Source: Vicugna vicugna (lineage: Eukaryota). From it: a stretch of 64,000 nt of DNA. The stretch lies in contig MU058217.1 of assembly GCA_013265495.1 (NCBI GenBank), positions 124,001 through 188,000 of the forward strand. The letters are read 5' to 3'. A program made the position numbers and the translations under genes. Below the pieces are notes generated by a model. The model ran no database searches. It was not told the DNA's origin and saw only the letters and a list, made by a program, of their open reading frames with translations. Within the stretch, counting starts at the first letter, position 1, and every line of letters begins with the position of its first letter. Positions 51,731-62,620 of this stretch are shown one piece after another.

Positions 51731-54175
51731 CCTTGCTAAAATGTGGAACAAGACAAGGATGCTCACTCTCATTACTTCTATTCAACATAGTACTGGAAAT
51801 CCAAGCCACAGCAATCAGACAAGGAAAATAAAATAGAAGGGGTCCAAATTGGAAGGGAAGAGGTAAAACTCACTGCATGCAGATAACTTGATACTATATA
51901 TAGAAAACCCTAAAGACTCTACACAAAAACTACTAGAGCTGTTAAATGAATTCAGCAAGGCAGCAGGATACAAGATTAATATACAGAAATCTATTGCATT
52001 TCTTTACACTAACAATAAAATATCAGAAAAGTAAAAAAAAAAACTTTAAAATCCACATCAAAAAAAAACAAAACAAAATACTTAAGAATAAATATGACCA
52101 AGGAAGTGAAAGACTTACACACTGAGAATTATAAAACATGGGTAAAAGAAATTAAAAATAATTTAAAGAAATGGAAAGAGAGTCCACACTCTTGGATTGG
52201 AAGAATTAATATTGTTAAAAAGGCCATACTAGGGAGGATATAGCTCAAGTGGCAGAGCACATGCTTAGCATGCATGAGGTCCTGGGTTCAGTTCCCAGTA
52301 TCTCTTCTAAAAATAAAAACTAATTACCTCCCCACTCTCACCGAAAAAAATAAAATAAAATAAAACAAAATAGCCATACTATCCAAAGCAATCTACAAAT
52401 TTAATGCAATCCCTAACAAATTACCCAGGACATTTTTCACAGAACTAGAACAAATAATCCTAAAATTTACATGGAATCACAAAAGATCCAGAATTGCCAA
52501 AGCAATACGTAGGAAAAAGAACAAAGCTGAAGGCATAACCCTCCCAGGCTTCAGATAATACTACAGAGCTACAGTAATCAAAACAGCATGGTACTGACAA
52601 AAAACAGACATATGGCTCAATGGAACAGAGTAGAGAGCCAAGAAATAAACCCACACACCCACGGTCAATTAATCTTCAACAAAGGAGGCAAGAATATACA
52701 ATAGAAGAAAGACAGTCTCTTCAGCGAGTGGTGTTGGGAAAGTTGGGCAGGAGCATGTAAATCAATGAAGTTAGAAGACACCTTCACACCATACACACAC
52801 ACACACAAAAACCTTCAAAATGGCTTAAAGACTTAAACATAACACAGGATTCCATAAACTTAGAAGAGACATAGGCAAAACATTCTCTGACATAAACTGT
52901 AGCAATGTTTTCTTAGGTCAGTCTCCCAAGACAACAGAAACAAAGGCAAAAATAAACAAATGGGACCTCATCAAACTTGTAAGCTTTTGCACAGCAAAGG
53001 AAACGATAAACAAAACAAAAAGACAACCTACGGACTGAGAGAAAATATTTGCAAATAAGGGCTTGATTTCCAGAACATACAAATAGCTCATTCAACTCAA
53101 CAACAACAACAACAACAACAACAAAATAAAAAAAAATGGGCAGAAGACCTAAATAGACAATTCTCCAAAGACATACAGATGAATAACAAGCACATGAAAA
53201 GATGCTCAATATCACTAATTATTGGAGAAATGTAAATCAAAACCACAATGGGGTATCACCTCACACTGGTCAGAATGGCTGTCAGTAAAAAGTCCACAAA
53301 CAATAAACGCTGGAGAGGGTGTGGAGAAAAGGAAACCTTCTTACACTACCGGTTTGAATATAGTTTGGTGCAGCCGTTATAGAAAACAGCATGGAGATTC
53401 CTTGAAAAACTAAAAACAGACCTACCATATGATCCAGCAATCCCACTCCTGGGCATATATCCAGAGGAAATTCTAATTCAAAAAGATACATGCACCCCAG
53501 TGTTCATAGCAGCACTATTTACAATAGCAAAGACATGGAAACAATCTAAATGTCCATTGACAGATGACTGGATAAAGAATGTGCAAATATATATAAACAT
53601 ACACACAATGGAATACTAGTCAGCCATAAAAAGAATGAAATGATGTCATTTGCAGCAAATTGGATGGACCTAGAGATTGCTGTACTAAGTGAAGTAAGCC
53701 AGAAAAAGACAAATGCCGTATCATATCACTTATACGTGGAATCTAAAAAAGTGACACAAATGAACCTACTTACAAAACGAAACAGACTCACAGACACAGA
53801 AAATAAACTTACGGTTACAGGTGGGGGAATGGGAGGGGAGGGATAAATTGGGAGTTTTGGATTTGCAGATACTAACTATATATGTATATATATTTCCTAT
53901 ATATATATATACACACACCATATGTTTATATACTATATATATTTATATTTATTTACTACATATAATAAAGAGATAAACGATATATATAAAATAGATAAGT
54001 AACAAGATCTTACTGTATAGCACAGGGAACTATATCCAATTATCTTTTAATAACATATAACAAAAAAGAATATGAAAATATATATCTATAACTGAATCAC
54101 TATGGTGTATACCGGAAACACAACATTGTAAATCGACTATAATCTTTAAAAAATTAAAAATAAATAAAAATTTTA
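51731..54175 (+). mobile_element. ~2.4 kb 5'-truncated L1 (RT end to 3' UTR), frameshifted, with internal SINE and (CAA)n/(TA)n tracts
   Basis: ggaacaagacaaggatgctcactctc...ttcaacatagtactggaa ([15 protein letters not shown]), gcagataacttgatactatatatagaaaaccc, cetartiodactyl-type 3' UTR. Confidence 0.95.
52232..52370 (+). mobile_element. Vic-1-like SINE nested in L1 ORF2
   Basis: GCCATACTA duplicated on both sides; intact tRNA-like head. Confidence 0.92.
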
Positions 54176-54460
54176 AAATAATACAAATGAACTTATTTAC
54201 AAAACAAAGACTCAGAAAACAAACTTATGGTTATCAAAAGGAGGGGAAGGATAAATTAGTTTAAGATTAGCAGATATGAACTACTATATACAAAACAGAT
54301 AAACAACAAGGTCCTCCTGTATAGCACAAGGAACTATATTCAATACTTTGTAATAACCTATAACAAAAAATATGAAAAAGAATATATATATAACTGAATC
54401 ACTATGCTGTACACCAGAAACTAACACATTGTAAATCAACTATACTTCAATAAAAATAAA
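54176..54460 (+). mobile_element. Second L1 3' UTR/tail immediately after the first
   Basis: Repeats acaaatgaacttatttacaaaac...ctgtatagcacaaggaactatattc...cttcaataaaaataaa. Confidence 0.85.
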
Positions 54461-54849
54461 CACCACCTAGCCCTTCATTTCTCTTTATAGATTATTTATT
54501 GTTTACCTCTCCCACAGGGCCTGTCACTAGGCTGATTTTACCCTAAGTACTCAATGGATGGTGACTGCTTGATGCAATTCAGTGCAACAAATCATTTATT
54601 TACTTATTATGTGTCTGCTACTCATTCATTTCCCAACAAGATACCACAGTGCTGAAGGCTGCCTGCCCCTATAAACCCTACTGAGAGAGGCTGATGGTCA
54701 ATGAATAATCAAGAAATACATTCGGATAAGTTGTGAGGGCGGAAAAAACTATGGACTTAGAAGTTGAGTATTTAATGGGGCAGAGAGTGAATTGCATTCA
54801 GGGGTGAGCATGGCCAGAGAAGGCTTCCTGAGGACTCTGCTTGGGAGGC

Positions 54850-55730
54850 AGAGGCAGAGCCGTGTGCCAGGTGGAGGCACTAAAGGCAGGCGGGAGGCCT
54901 GGGCCCAGGTGGGCGGAGCTTACCGGCGGCAGCTGGTGATTGTTCAGGCGGCTGGGGACAATTTTAGCCACCCCCTCACGGGGGACGGCGGGGGTTATGT
55001 CGGTGATGGTTCAGCCTGTAAAGTGGAAGCCACTCAGGTAGTTAAGGGAAGAAGCGGTTCACTGGAGGGAAAGAGAAGCGTGGGGCGGGAAATGACCGGG
55101 CGAGGGGAACACCCGGGATGGTCTCACCTACATTCTCAGCAGCCGGCCGCCCCCAGCGGGGCGAGGTCCGGAAGGTGACTCAGGAGTGAGGGGCGTCCGC
55201 GGGGGGAGGCGAGGGCGCCGGAGAGCCGTGGCTTCTGCTGCTCTTCTCTCTTCCAAACACCACACCGGTGCCTCCGGAGACAGGAGGGAAGGGGCAGGGC
55301 ACAGCCTTGGAAAAGAAATGCCGCAGCTGTTGAGAATACAGCAGAAAGTGATTAGAACCTCCTGGAACCAAGATGGCGGAAGACTGGACTTCCGGTACAT
55401 CTTGAGCCTCCTACGCTCATTTTACTACGCCAGCCGCTAAGTGACACCCCTCCAGGCGCCACTACGCTTCCCAGACTGACGTAGAAGGACAGGAAGTGGG
55501 CGGGGCCAATTCCTGGAACTCCCCGCCTACTTTCCTGAAATAGAATACCCCTCCCACTTATTAGCATATGAAATTACCCGGCCCATAAAAACTAACCACC
55601 CCCTGCATCGGGGCCGCTTTCCCTTCTGAGACTGTCCCTATTTCTGCCTATGGAACGTGCATCTCACTAAATAAACTTGCTTTCACTTTACTACCGCTCG
55701 CTCTTGAATTCTTTCCTGCGGGAAGCCAAG
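54850..55730. promoter_or_regulatory. CpG-island-like GC/CpG-rich region
   Basis: Visibly dense CpGs (ccggcggc, gggcgagg, ggccgcccccagcggggcg, gcgtccgcgg, ggcgccgg) against CpG-poor flanks. Confidence 0.7.
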
Positions 55731-55799
55731 GACCCTCACTTAGCAAGGAGTGTCCCAGGGACTTAGCTGAGACCTGGAACACAACCATTTCCTGCCACA
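55328..55799 (+). mobile_element. MER41-like ERV1 solo LTR
   Basis: ttcctggaactccccgcctactttcctgaaa...ttagcatat...ctgcctatgga...aataaacttgctttcactttact...gaattctttcctgcg..agccaagga.cc follows the recalled MER41 consensus; TG...CA ends; AATAAA at 55670-55675. TSD not resolved. Confidence 0.8.
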
Positions 55800-57026
55800 A
55801 TCTCATTGGAACACCCTGGCAGGGAAACCCTACGGACAAGGGATTTGGGGCCATGAAGGGCCAGGCAGAGGGCCCCTCACCTGGGGTTCCCATATGGGGG
55901 ACCACAACCAGGGCTGGGCTGGGGTAAGGAGGCTCCCCCAAGCCACCCCTACCCTTGCATGGCCCTGAGAGTAACACCTCAGAATTTGTCCCCTAGTCCC
56001 AGTCCTGTGTAAGGTGGGATTGGAGCCCCTTTGGACTGGGAGAGGCACACACCACACAACAACCCCCAGCAAAGGCCTCAAGTAAAGGAAGGCTCTCTGG
56101 AGAAAGCGATGTCTAAGCTGAAAACAGGGCTAACCAGGGGGAGTGGAGAAATCTTCTAAGGAAGGAGAGTAGTGTGTAGAAGATCCCAGAGAACTGAGGG
56201 AGCCACTTTAACAAAATTGGTAAGTGTTCTGTGAGTCACACGGGGGGCTGGCCTTTGCTGGTGTCTTCTAAATGGTGCAGGTACAGAGCTGGTATTCTCT
56301 GGGTCTTGGTGAATGACCCCCCCTGGGATATAGAAACATGGGCCACCTGTGAAGACTTGGAGGAGGGTAACCCACCTCCCACCTGACAGCATCCTAGTCA
56401 CCTCCCACCTGAGGACGACAGCAACCTCCTGAAGGAACCTCCTGCTTCTGCCCCTGCGCCCCAGTCTACACAGCAACCAGAACTACCTAACCTAAAGTAA
56501 AAACGATCGTGTCCCATGACAGAAGCCTCCTCAGAACCCTCCCATGGCCCCCTGTCTACTGGAGAAAAACCTTTGTCCTTTAAATGGCCTATAAGCCCGC
56601 AGGGTCTCACCTCCCCCACATGCATCACAGTTGGTTTTATTAAGGGCTATTTCTCTCTGCCCTTCCCCACCAGACCATAATCTGCTCGAGGGCAGGAATT
56701 TTTGCTTGTTTTGCACACTGCTCTGACCACTTGTTACCAGGCAGAAGCCCAAAGTCCGTGTGGCCAGAGTTTCTGATTTTTCAAGAGAAATTACACATTG
56801 GGATTTTTATGTCAAATTGGATATTTAAGTACTACCATGTAATAATATTTTTCAACAATATTGTGCTGAACATGTAAATGAGAGCCACGGATTTCCAACC
56901 TATGGTCACTGGCCCTGTGTAGAGAGGCAGCGGCCAGATTTGGAAAGCAGACTCAGAAAAGGACAAGGCCCTGAGAAGATGGGGTGGAGTTGTGGGCGGG
57001 AGGCCCCTTGTTGACATGCTTGGTGA

Positions 57027-57045
57027 TGGCCACTAGGGGGAGCGC
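57027..57045 (+). promoter_or_regulatory. Candidate CTCF site, forward orientation
   Basis: TGGCCACTAGGGGGAGCGC versus consensus TGGCCACCAGGGGGCGCTA. Confidence 0.6.
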
Positions 57046-59334
57046 CCCAATTCCTCCCCTCAGGTCACACCTGGCCATTCTCCACCCAAGGGAGGAAACT
57101 GTTGATGCAACCAAAACCAGAAAACATTGGTGGGAGGTCCCCAGAGGGAGGTGCATCTTGTGTGAAAAGCAAAGTGGTCAAAGGCTCTGGGTCCACATGG
57201 CCAGGTCTGTTAAGTCTGCTCTTGGGATTTCTCTTAGGCTCTCCCTCTATTGGAATTTTTCTGGCTCCTCCATCTGAATTCCTGCCTCTGAAACCCTAGG
57301 TGCCCAGATGCACCAAGGCATTGTCTACCTACAAAGCCAGGCAGGGGCAGGGCACATGCCGCTTGTCAAGAAGGCCTGGGCTTGGTTACTGGCCCAGTGC
57401 CCTTCTGTCTCATAATTTCCAACAACTTGTCGAGGAACATGGTATCTCCATTTTTGTAGACAAGGGCAAGTGACCAGAGAAGTGATAAACCCAAGGCTGC
57501 ACAGTTGTGAGCAGTGGGATTTGATACAAACCCTGGGCCATCTGTCTGATGCCAGAGCCCACGTTCTGTCCACCCCACCGCTCTGCCCAGGAGGAAGGCA
57601 TGAGCGAGTCATAAAAGAATCAGACTGGCAGGACTGCAGGGACCTTTAAAGTCACTGAGTCCATTGCCCCCCTGACATGGGACTCTTTTTATTTTATTTT
57701 TAATATTCTAAGACAGAAAATAAATTATTTTATTTAAATATTGCTTGTTAGAAACATGGTCAGTTTAGGGAGTATTCATCCAAAAACTTGAGGCAAATTC
57801 TATGTGCTGATGCATAATTTATAGTAAGGTCAATCCCCGTTTATCATATGGAAAGGTACAGAATGTTCATTTAAGCTTCTTTTTTTTGAAAAAAAATTTG
57901 AGACCTATTTTTATTGCTTCTAGCTGTTGGTCACTAGTGATAGGTCCTGTGAATAAATCCAGCAGGATGTCCACCTCCCCGCCCCCCATGTCTTTCTGAC
58001 TAGCTCTAATGAGAGCTTTGTCTCCCTATGACCCAGGACCCCAGCCTCGGGACGACGTCATGCTCTTTCCATGGGGAAGTCTGCTCTGTGTTTGACCAAA
58101 GACTACAGCACAGGCATGAAGCCCTCCTATCTTCCTGAACAACACATCCTTTATTTAAAAGGACCCCATTGAGGAAAAAAATCCAACACTGGGATTTGAA
58201 TCAAGATCAGGGGAGGCAGGAGCTGAGCCTGACAATGGTAGGGGTCGGTCGTTGTGGGTCCAGAGCCAGCATCTCCCATGCTGGTGAGCCCCAAGAAGAG
58301 CAGAGTCAAAGAAAGGTCATCAGGCCTCACCTTTGGGGAAGGGGGTTTTTGAGCACGCTTCCCTGCCAAGGTTCTCAGTCTTTGAGAAAGAGCTGACGCT
58401 GGTCTGGCTCCTTCTTCCCGCCAGCTGCAGACCGTCAGGCCTCTCCCCCGGAGCTCTCTGGCTCCTTTGGTCTGCTCTTGTCTGCTCAGCCAAAGGAGAC
58501 ATCACTTGCTGGTGCCACTGGACAGAGCGATCACAGGCTCCGCGGATGCAGATGCGCGGAGGGCAGGCGGTGGGCGTGGGGGTGGGGAGCAGGCCAGATC
58601 GGATCAAAGTTGGTGGAGATCCAGTCAGTCTCTCCCACTGGCCTCACTTGCACACTTTAACTCAACTTGCCGAATTACATGAGGTCAGTTGCTAAACCCT
58701 CCTTCCAGAAAGGCGCCCAAGAGACAGCCCTCTCCGTCAATGCGCTAATCAGATCCAGCGAGTTGTTCCGGCACCTTTCCGCGAAATGGCATAATCCCGT
58801 TTCTAATTTACTGATTATGCAATAAGAAAATGTCTTCGTTAATTTCATAAGAAAAGCGCATTAGCCTACTTAAACAGCTCATGCTTCCTTCTGAGATCAT
58901 GAATTATCTCAGTTCCCATTAATAAATGGAACCCATAAGGAAAATCAAGAGTAATTACTGTGTTTATTAACATTCAGTGATTAACATTTCAAAAGTAATT
59001 TAAATAAACACAGTGCAAATCCGAGGGGGAGCCCCAAGGTAGTGATCTGTATGGAGCAAAACAGCCCTCACTGGAATCTGGACAATTTAAAATTCATGTT
59101 GTCCAAGGTGGCTGTCACCAGTGTCCAAGAATCTCAGGTTACGGAGAATGAACGGGTCCAGGGTCGCTCCCACAAGTATTTCCCCTCCACAGGCCACAGG
59201 AGCCTGGAGACGAGTGTCCTTCCCCCGACATCCTACTCCTCCAGGGTCTTTGGCGACAGTCAGATGGGAGCAGATTCCACAACGGCAGGTGGAGACCCTT
59301 GGGTGGGTGTACAAGGTACAGTCTTCTTTCTTTT

Positions 59335-59508
59335 TTAATTAAAAAAAATTTTTTATTGACATATAGTTGATTTACAATGTTTACTTCAGGTGTACAGCAA
59401 AGTGATTCAGTTGCACATATACACACCTATATATATTTTTTCTTTTCAGATTCTTTTCCATTATATGTTATTACAAGAAACTGAATGTAGTTCCCAGTGC
59501 TGTACACA
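59335..59508 (-). mobile_element. Short L1 3' end, antisense
   Basis: tattgacatatagttgatttacaatgtt...tcaggtgtacagcaaagtgattcagtt...tagttcccagtgctgtaca. Confidence 0.85.
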
Positions 59509-59552
59509 AAGTTTAATTTCTTAACTGGCTCTATTCCAAATTTCCTATGCCA

Positions 59553-60060
59553 CTGGGACAGGCTGAATAACACCCCTTTGCCCTCCAAAAGATATCTACA
59601 TCCTAATCCCTGCTGCTTATGAATACCTTTGTTTGGTTTAAAAAAGAAAAAAAAAAGAAAAAAAGAAAAAGAAAAAAACTTTGTAGATGTGATTATCCAA
59701 GATCTTGAGATGGGGAGATTATCCTGGATTATCCAGGTGGGCCCTGAATGCCATCACATGCATCCTTATAAAAGGAAGGTAGAGGGAGATTTTACTACAC
59801 ACAGACGAGGAAAAAGCACGTGAGCAGTGAGGCAGAGATTGGAGTGATGTGACCACAAGCCAGGGGAATAGCCACAGCTACCAGAGAGGCCGGAAGAGGC
59901 TGGGAACAGATTGTCCCCTCCAGCCTTTGGAGGCTGCAGGGTCAGGCCAGTGAAACTGATTTCAGACTTCTGGCCTTCACAACCGTGAGAGAATGAATGT
60001 ACGTCCTTGTGAGCCACAGAGTTTGCAGTGATTTGTTAAAGCAGCCGTGGGACATTAATA
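59553..60060 (+). mobile_element. MLT1C/D-like LTR
   Basis: gatcttgagatggggagattatcctggattatccaggtgggccct...gaggcagagattggagtgatg...ttcagacttctggcctt. Confidence 0.85.
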
Positions 60061-62079
60061 AAGCCACCTTCATGACTTTTACCACACCTTGTGCTAGCAA
60101 AAATCTCATGAAATCATATGTTTGATGCTCATCAAAATATTCAACTTAACATCATTTTGAATGCTCATCCCTATGCCCCCTGCAATTACCTAATGAATCA
60201 CCAGACCTCCAATGGAAGTGCCCCCTCACTTCATGAAACACTGACCCAGCTCTGCACAGCTTAGGAAGGATCCACAGAGCAGCTGGGCTTTCAAAACCGC
60301 TCCATTAAGTTCAAATTTCACTTGAAAATAATCAGAAAAAAAGAATAAAGAATCAGCCCCTTTAAAAATAGAAGCCATTTCTCCCGTAAATTTTCGCAGA
60401 GTCAGATTTTTAAACGCAGAATTGAGCAGAATCTTAAATCATTCTTGGTAGAGTTACTAACATATAGATAAGGACACTTAAAGGGGAAGGAGGGAGCCAT
60501 AGAGTGTGCTAGCAGGGGGCTGGAGCTGGTGGCTCATCTAGCTAACAGGAATCTCATTTCCCCTGCTTGAACCGGAATCACGGGTCTCCAGTTGCTTCTC
60601 TCTTCTCTGCCTCAGGACAGAGGAATGTGTAGGTAAAGCAGGAATTGCTGTGCAAGGGAAGATATGAGGATTTTTAAAGTTTAGGGATGGTGAGGTGATG
60701 GAATTGATAAGGTCCCCAACCGGAGAAGAATATGCTGAATTTTGAAGAGTTTCCCATGACTCAAGCACGGGAAAAGGCAAAGCAGGAAAATTTCATCCCC
60801 AAAATTGGAACTGCCCAAATGGGCACACACCTGGAGAGGTCTCCAATTTCAAAAGGAGAGTCAGGCTAGTCTAACTCATGCCTGTGAGTAGACTTGGATA
60901 AGCAATGGGTACTGAGAGTTAATTCTAAAAGGGATCAGTCCTGGATTTACACCTATGGTTCCCCATTTTTTATTTTAATATAGTTTCATCACAAGTCAGT
61001 GTAGCACAGTGCTTCAAAGGTGTTTGATGGAAAATCTGGTAAGTGAATAGATTCTTTTAGTTTATATACTACTGAGAAAAGTAATTTGAAAAAAAATTCT
61101 ACTTTTTACTTCTAAAAGGTCTGCAGCTTAGATCATAAGCCTATCATCTGAGGCTCCATCAGCCAAGCCTGGGGGAAACTCTGATCTCGCCTAAGTGAGC
61201 CATCACATGTTTCCTCCTGTACCTCTGTATCTCAGCACTGACCTAGTCCATCTTCTGACCATTAGCATCAGCCCAAGGCTCCAGGAGGAACCCTCTCCAT
61301 CCAGATTCAGTCAAGTACTGACTCAGAGTTATGGAAGACCATGGGGATTTTTACCTCCCTAGCATCCAGGGCTTCCCCTGGGGGAAACGTCTTGAAATTG
61401 CAGGGTGGGGCTATGCCAGCCCCCATAGTTTCAAGGGGTGACCATATATTGCAGATTAAGCCAATCAGCATATCCCATCCCCTTGGCCACAGAGAATGTT
61501 TAAGGAAGGGGTCAAAGAGAGTCAGGATCAGAACTTTTAATTCAAATGCTAGAAGAAAGAATCTCCATACCTGGGCTGAATCTGAGCATTAGTAAGACTG
61601 AAGATGCTGGCTGCCATGATAATGAGAGAGCTTTAAGGAATAAAGTTGACAGAGTTACATCAAATCAGAAGAAAGCAGAGTTAAGATATAGAGAGATTAG
61701 GACATTGTTTGAGACCCTGGATCCAGCCATGCCTGAAGCTTCATATCCCTGCATCCTTCATTTATAGGAACCAATACATTACATTCTTTTGCAGGGGGGC
61801 AAGGGTGGGGTGGATTTTCTATTATTTACATTTAAAAGTATCTTGATAAATTGAGGCTGAGGCACAAGCAATACCTTTGTAGGAAGAATGCATATGCCTC
61901 TTCTAGAGAGGCACATTACTAAAAGATATACCTGCCTGCTTTGGCTGGGGCATGGCCAGACTTTCTGAGTTCAACCTGGATTGCAATCCCCACTTGCCCC
62001 ATATGCTGGGTTTCCTTGTGCAGGGATTAACCTGTGCAACTATACTTGACAGTCCCATGACTCAGAAGGATTTCCTCCT

Positions 62080-62620
62080 GGTGGTAGCCAGCCTCCAGGA
62101 TGACCTCCAGGGAGCCTCACCTCCTGGTGTTCACACCCTTGCATAATCCCTCCAAGCCCCACAGAGGGCTGGCTGTGTAACCAATAAGCTATTGTAGAGG
62201 GAAGGTGAGTAGCTTCTGAAGCTAGGTCATAAACATGGCAGCAGCTAGCTCTGTCTTACTGGCTCTTGGATCGCTCTCTCTGGGGGAAGCTGGCTACCAG
62301 GTCATGAGGACACTCAAGCAGCCCAAGGGAGAGGCTCCTTGTGTTAAGAGCCGAGGCCTCCTGCCAATAGCCACCACCAGCTCATCAACCACATGAATGA
62401 GTCATCTTGGAAGCAAGTCCTCCAGCCCCAGTCAAGCCTTCAGATGATGCAGCCCCTGCTGACACCATGACTGCAACCTCTTAAGAGACCCCAAGCCAGA
62501 AGCACCCGGCTCAGCTGCTCCTGAATTCCTGATCCACAGAAACCGTGAGCTAATAGATATTTATTGTTGTGTTAAGCCACTATATTTTGCAGGAATTGTT
62601 CCATAACAGTAGGTAACTAG
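62080..62620 (+). mobile_element. MLT1F-like LTR
   Basis: tggtagccagcctccaggatga...ccccagtcaagccttcagatgatgcagcccc...taagccactatatttt. Confidence 0.82.

Noticed and set aside
15170..52370. Eight tRNA-Ala-like sequences as tRNA genes
   Set aside because: They have a shared non-tRNA 3' part, A-rich tails, TSDs and stem-breaking substitutions, so they are SINE copies.
51731..54175. Potentially active L1
   Set aside because: 5'-truncated, frameshifted, interrupted by a SINE, and the RT catalytic DD motif is degraded.
54792..55440. ORFs across the CpG-rich region as the GAS7 first coding exon
   Set aside because: The translations do not resemble GAS7 (no WW or F-BAR features) and are Gly/Arg-rich products of GC-rich DNA.
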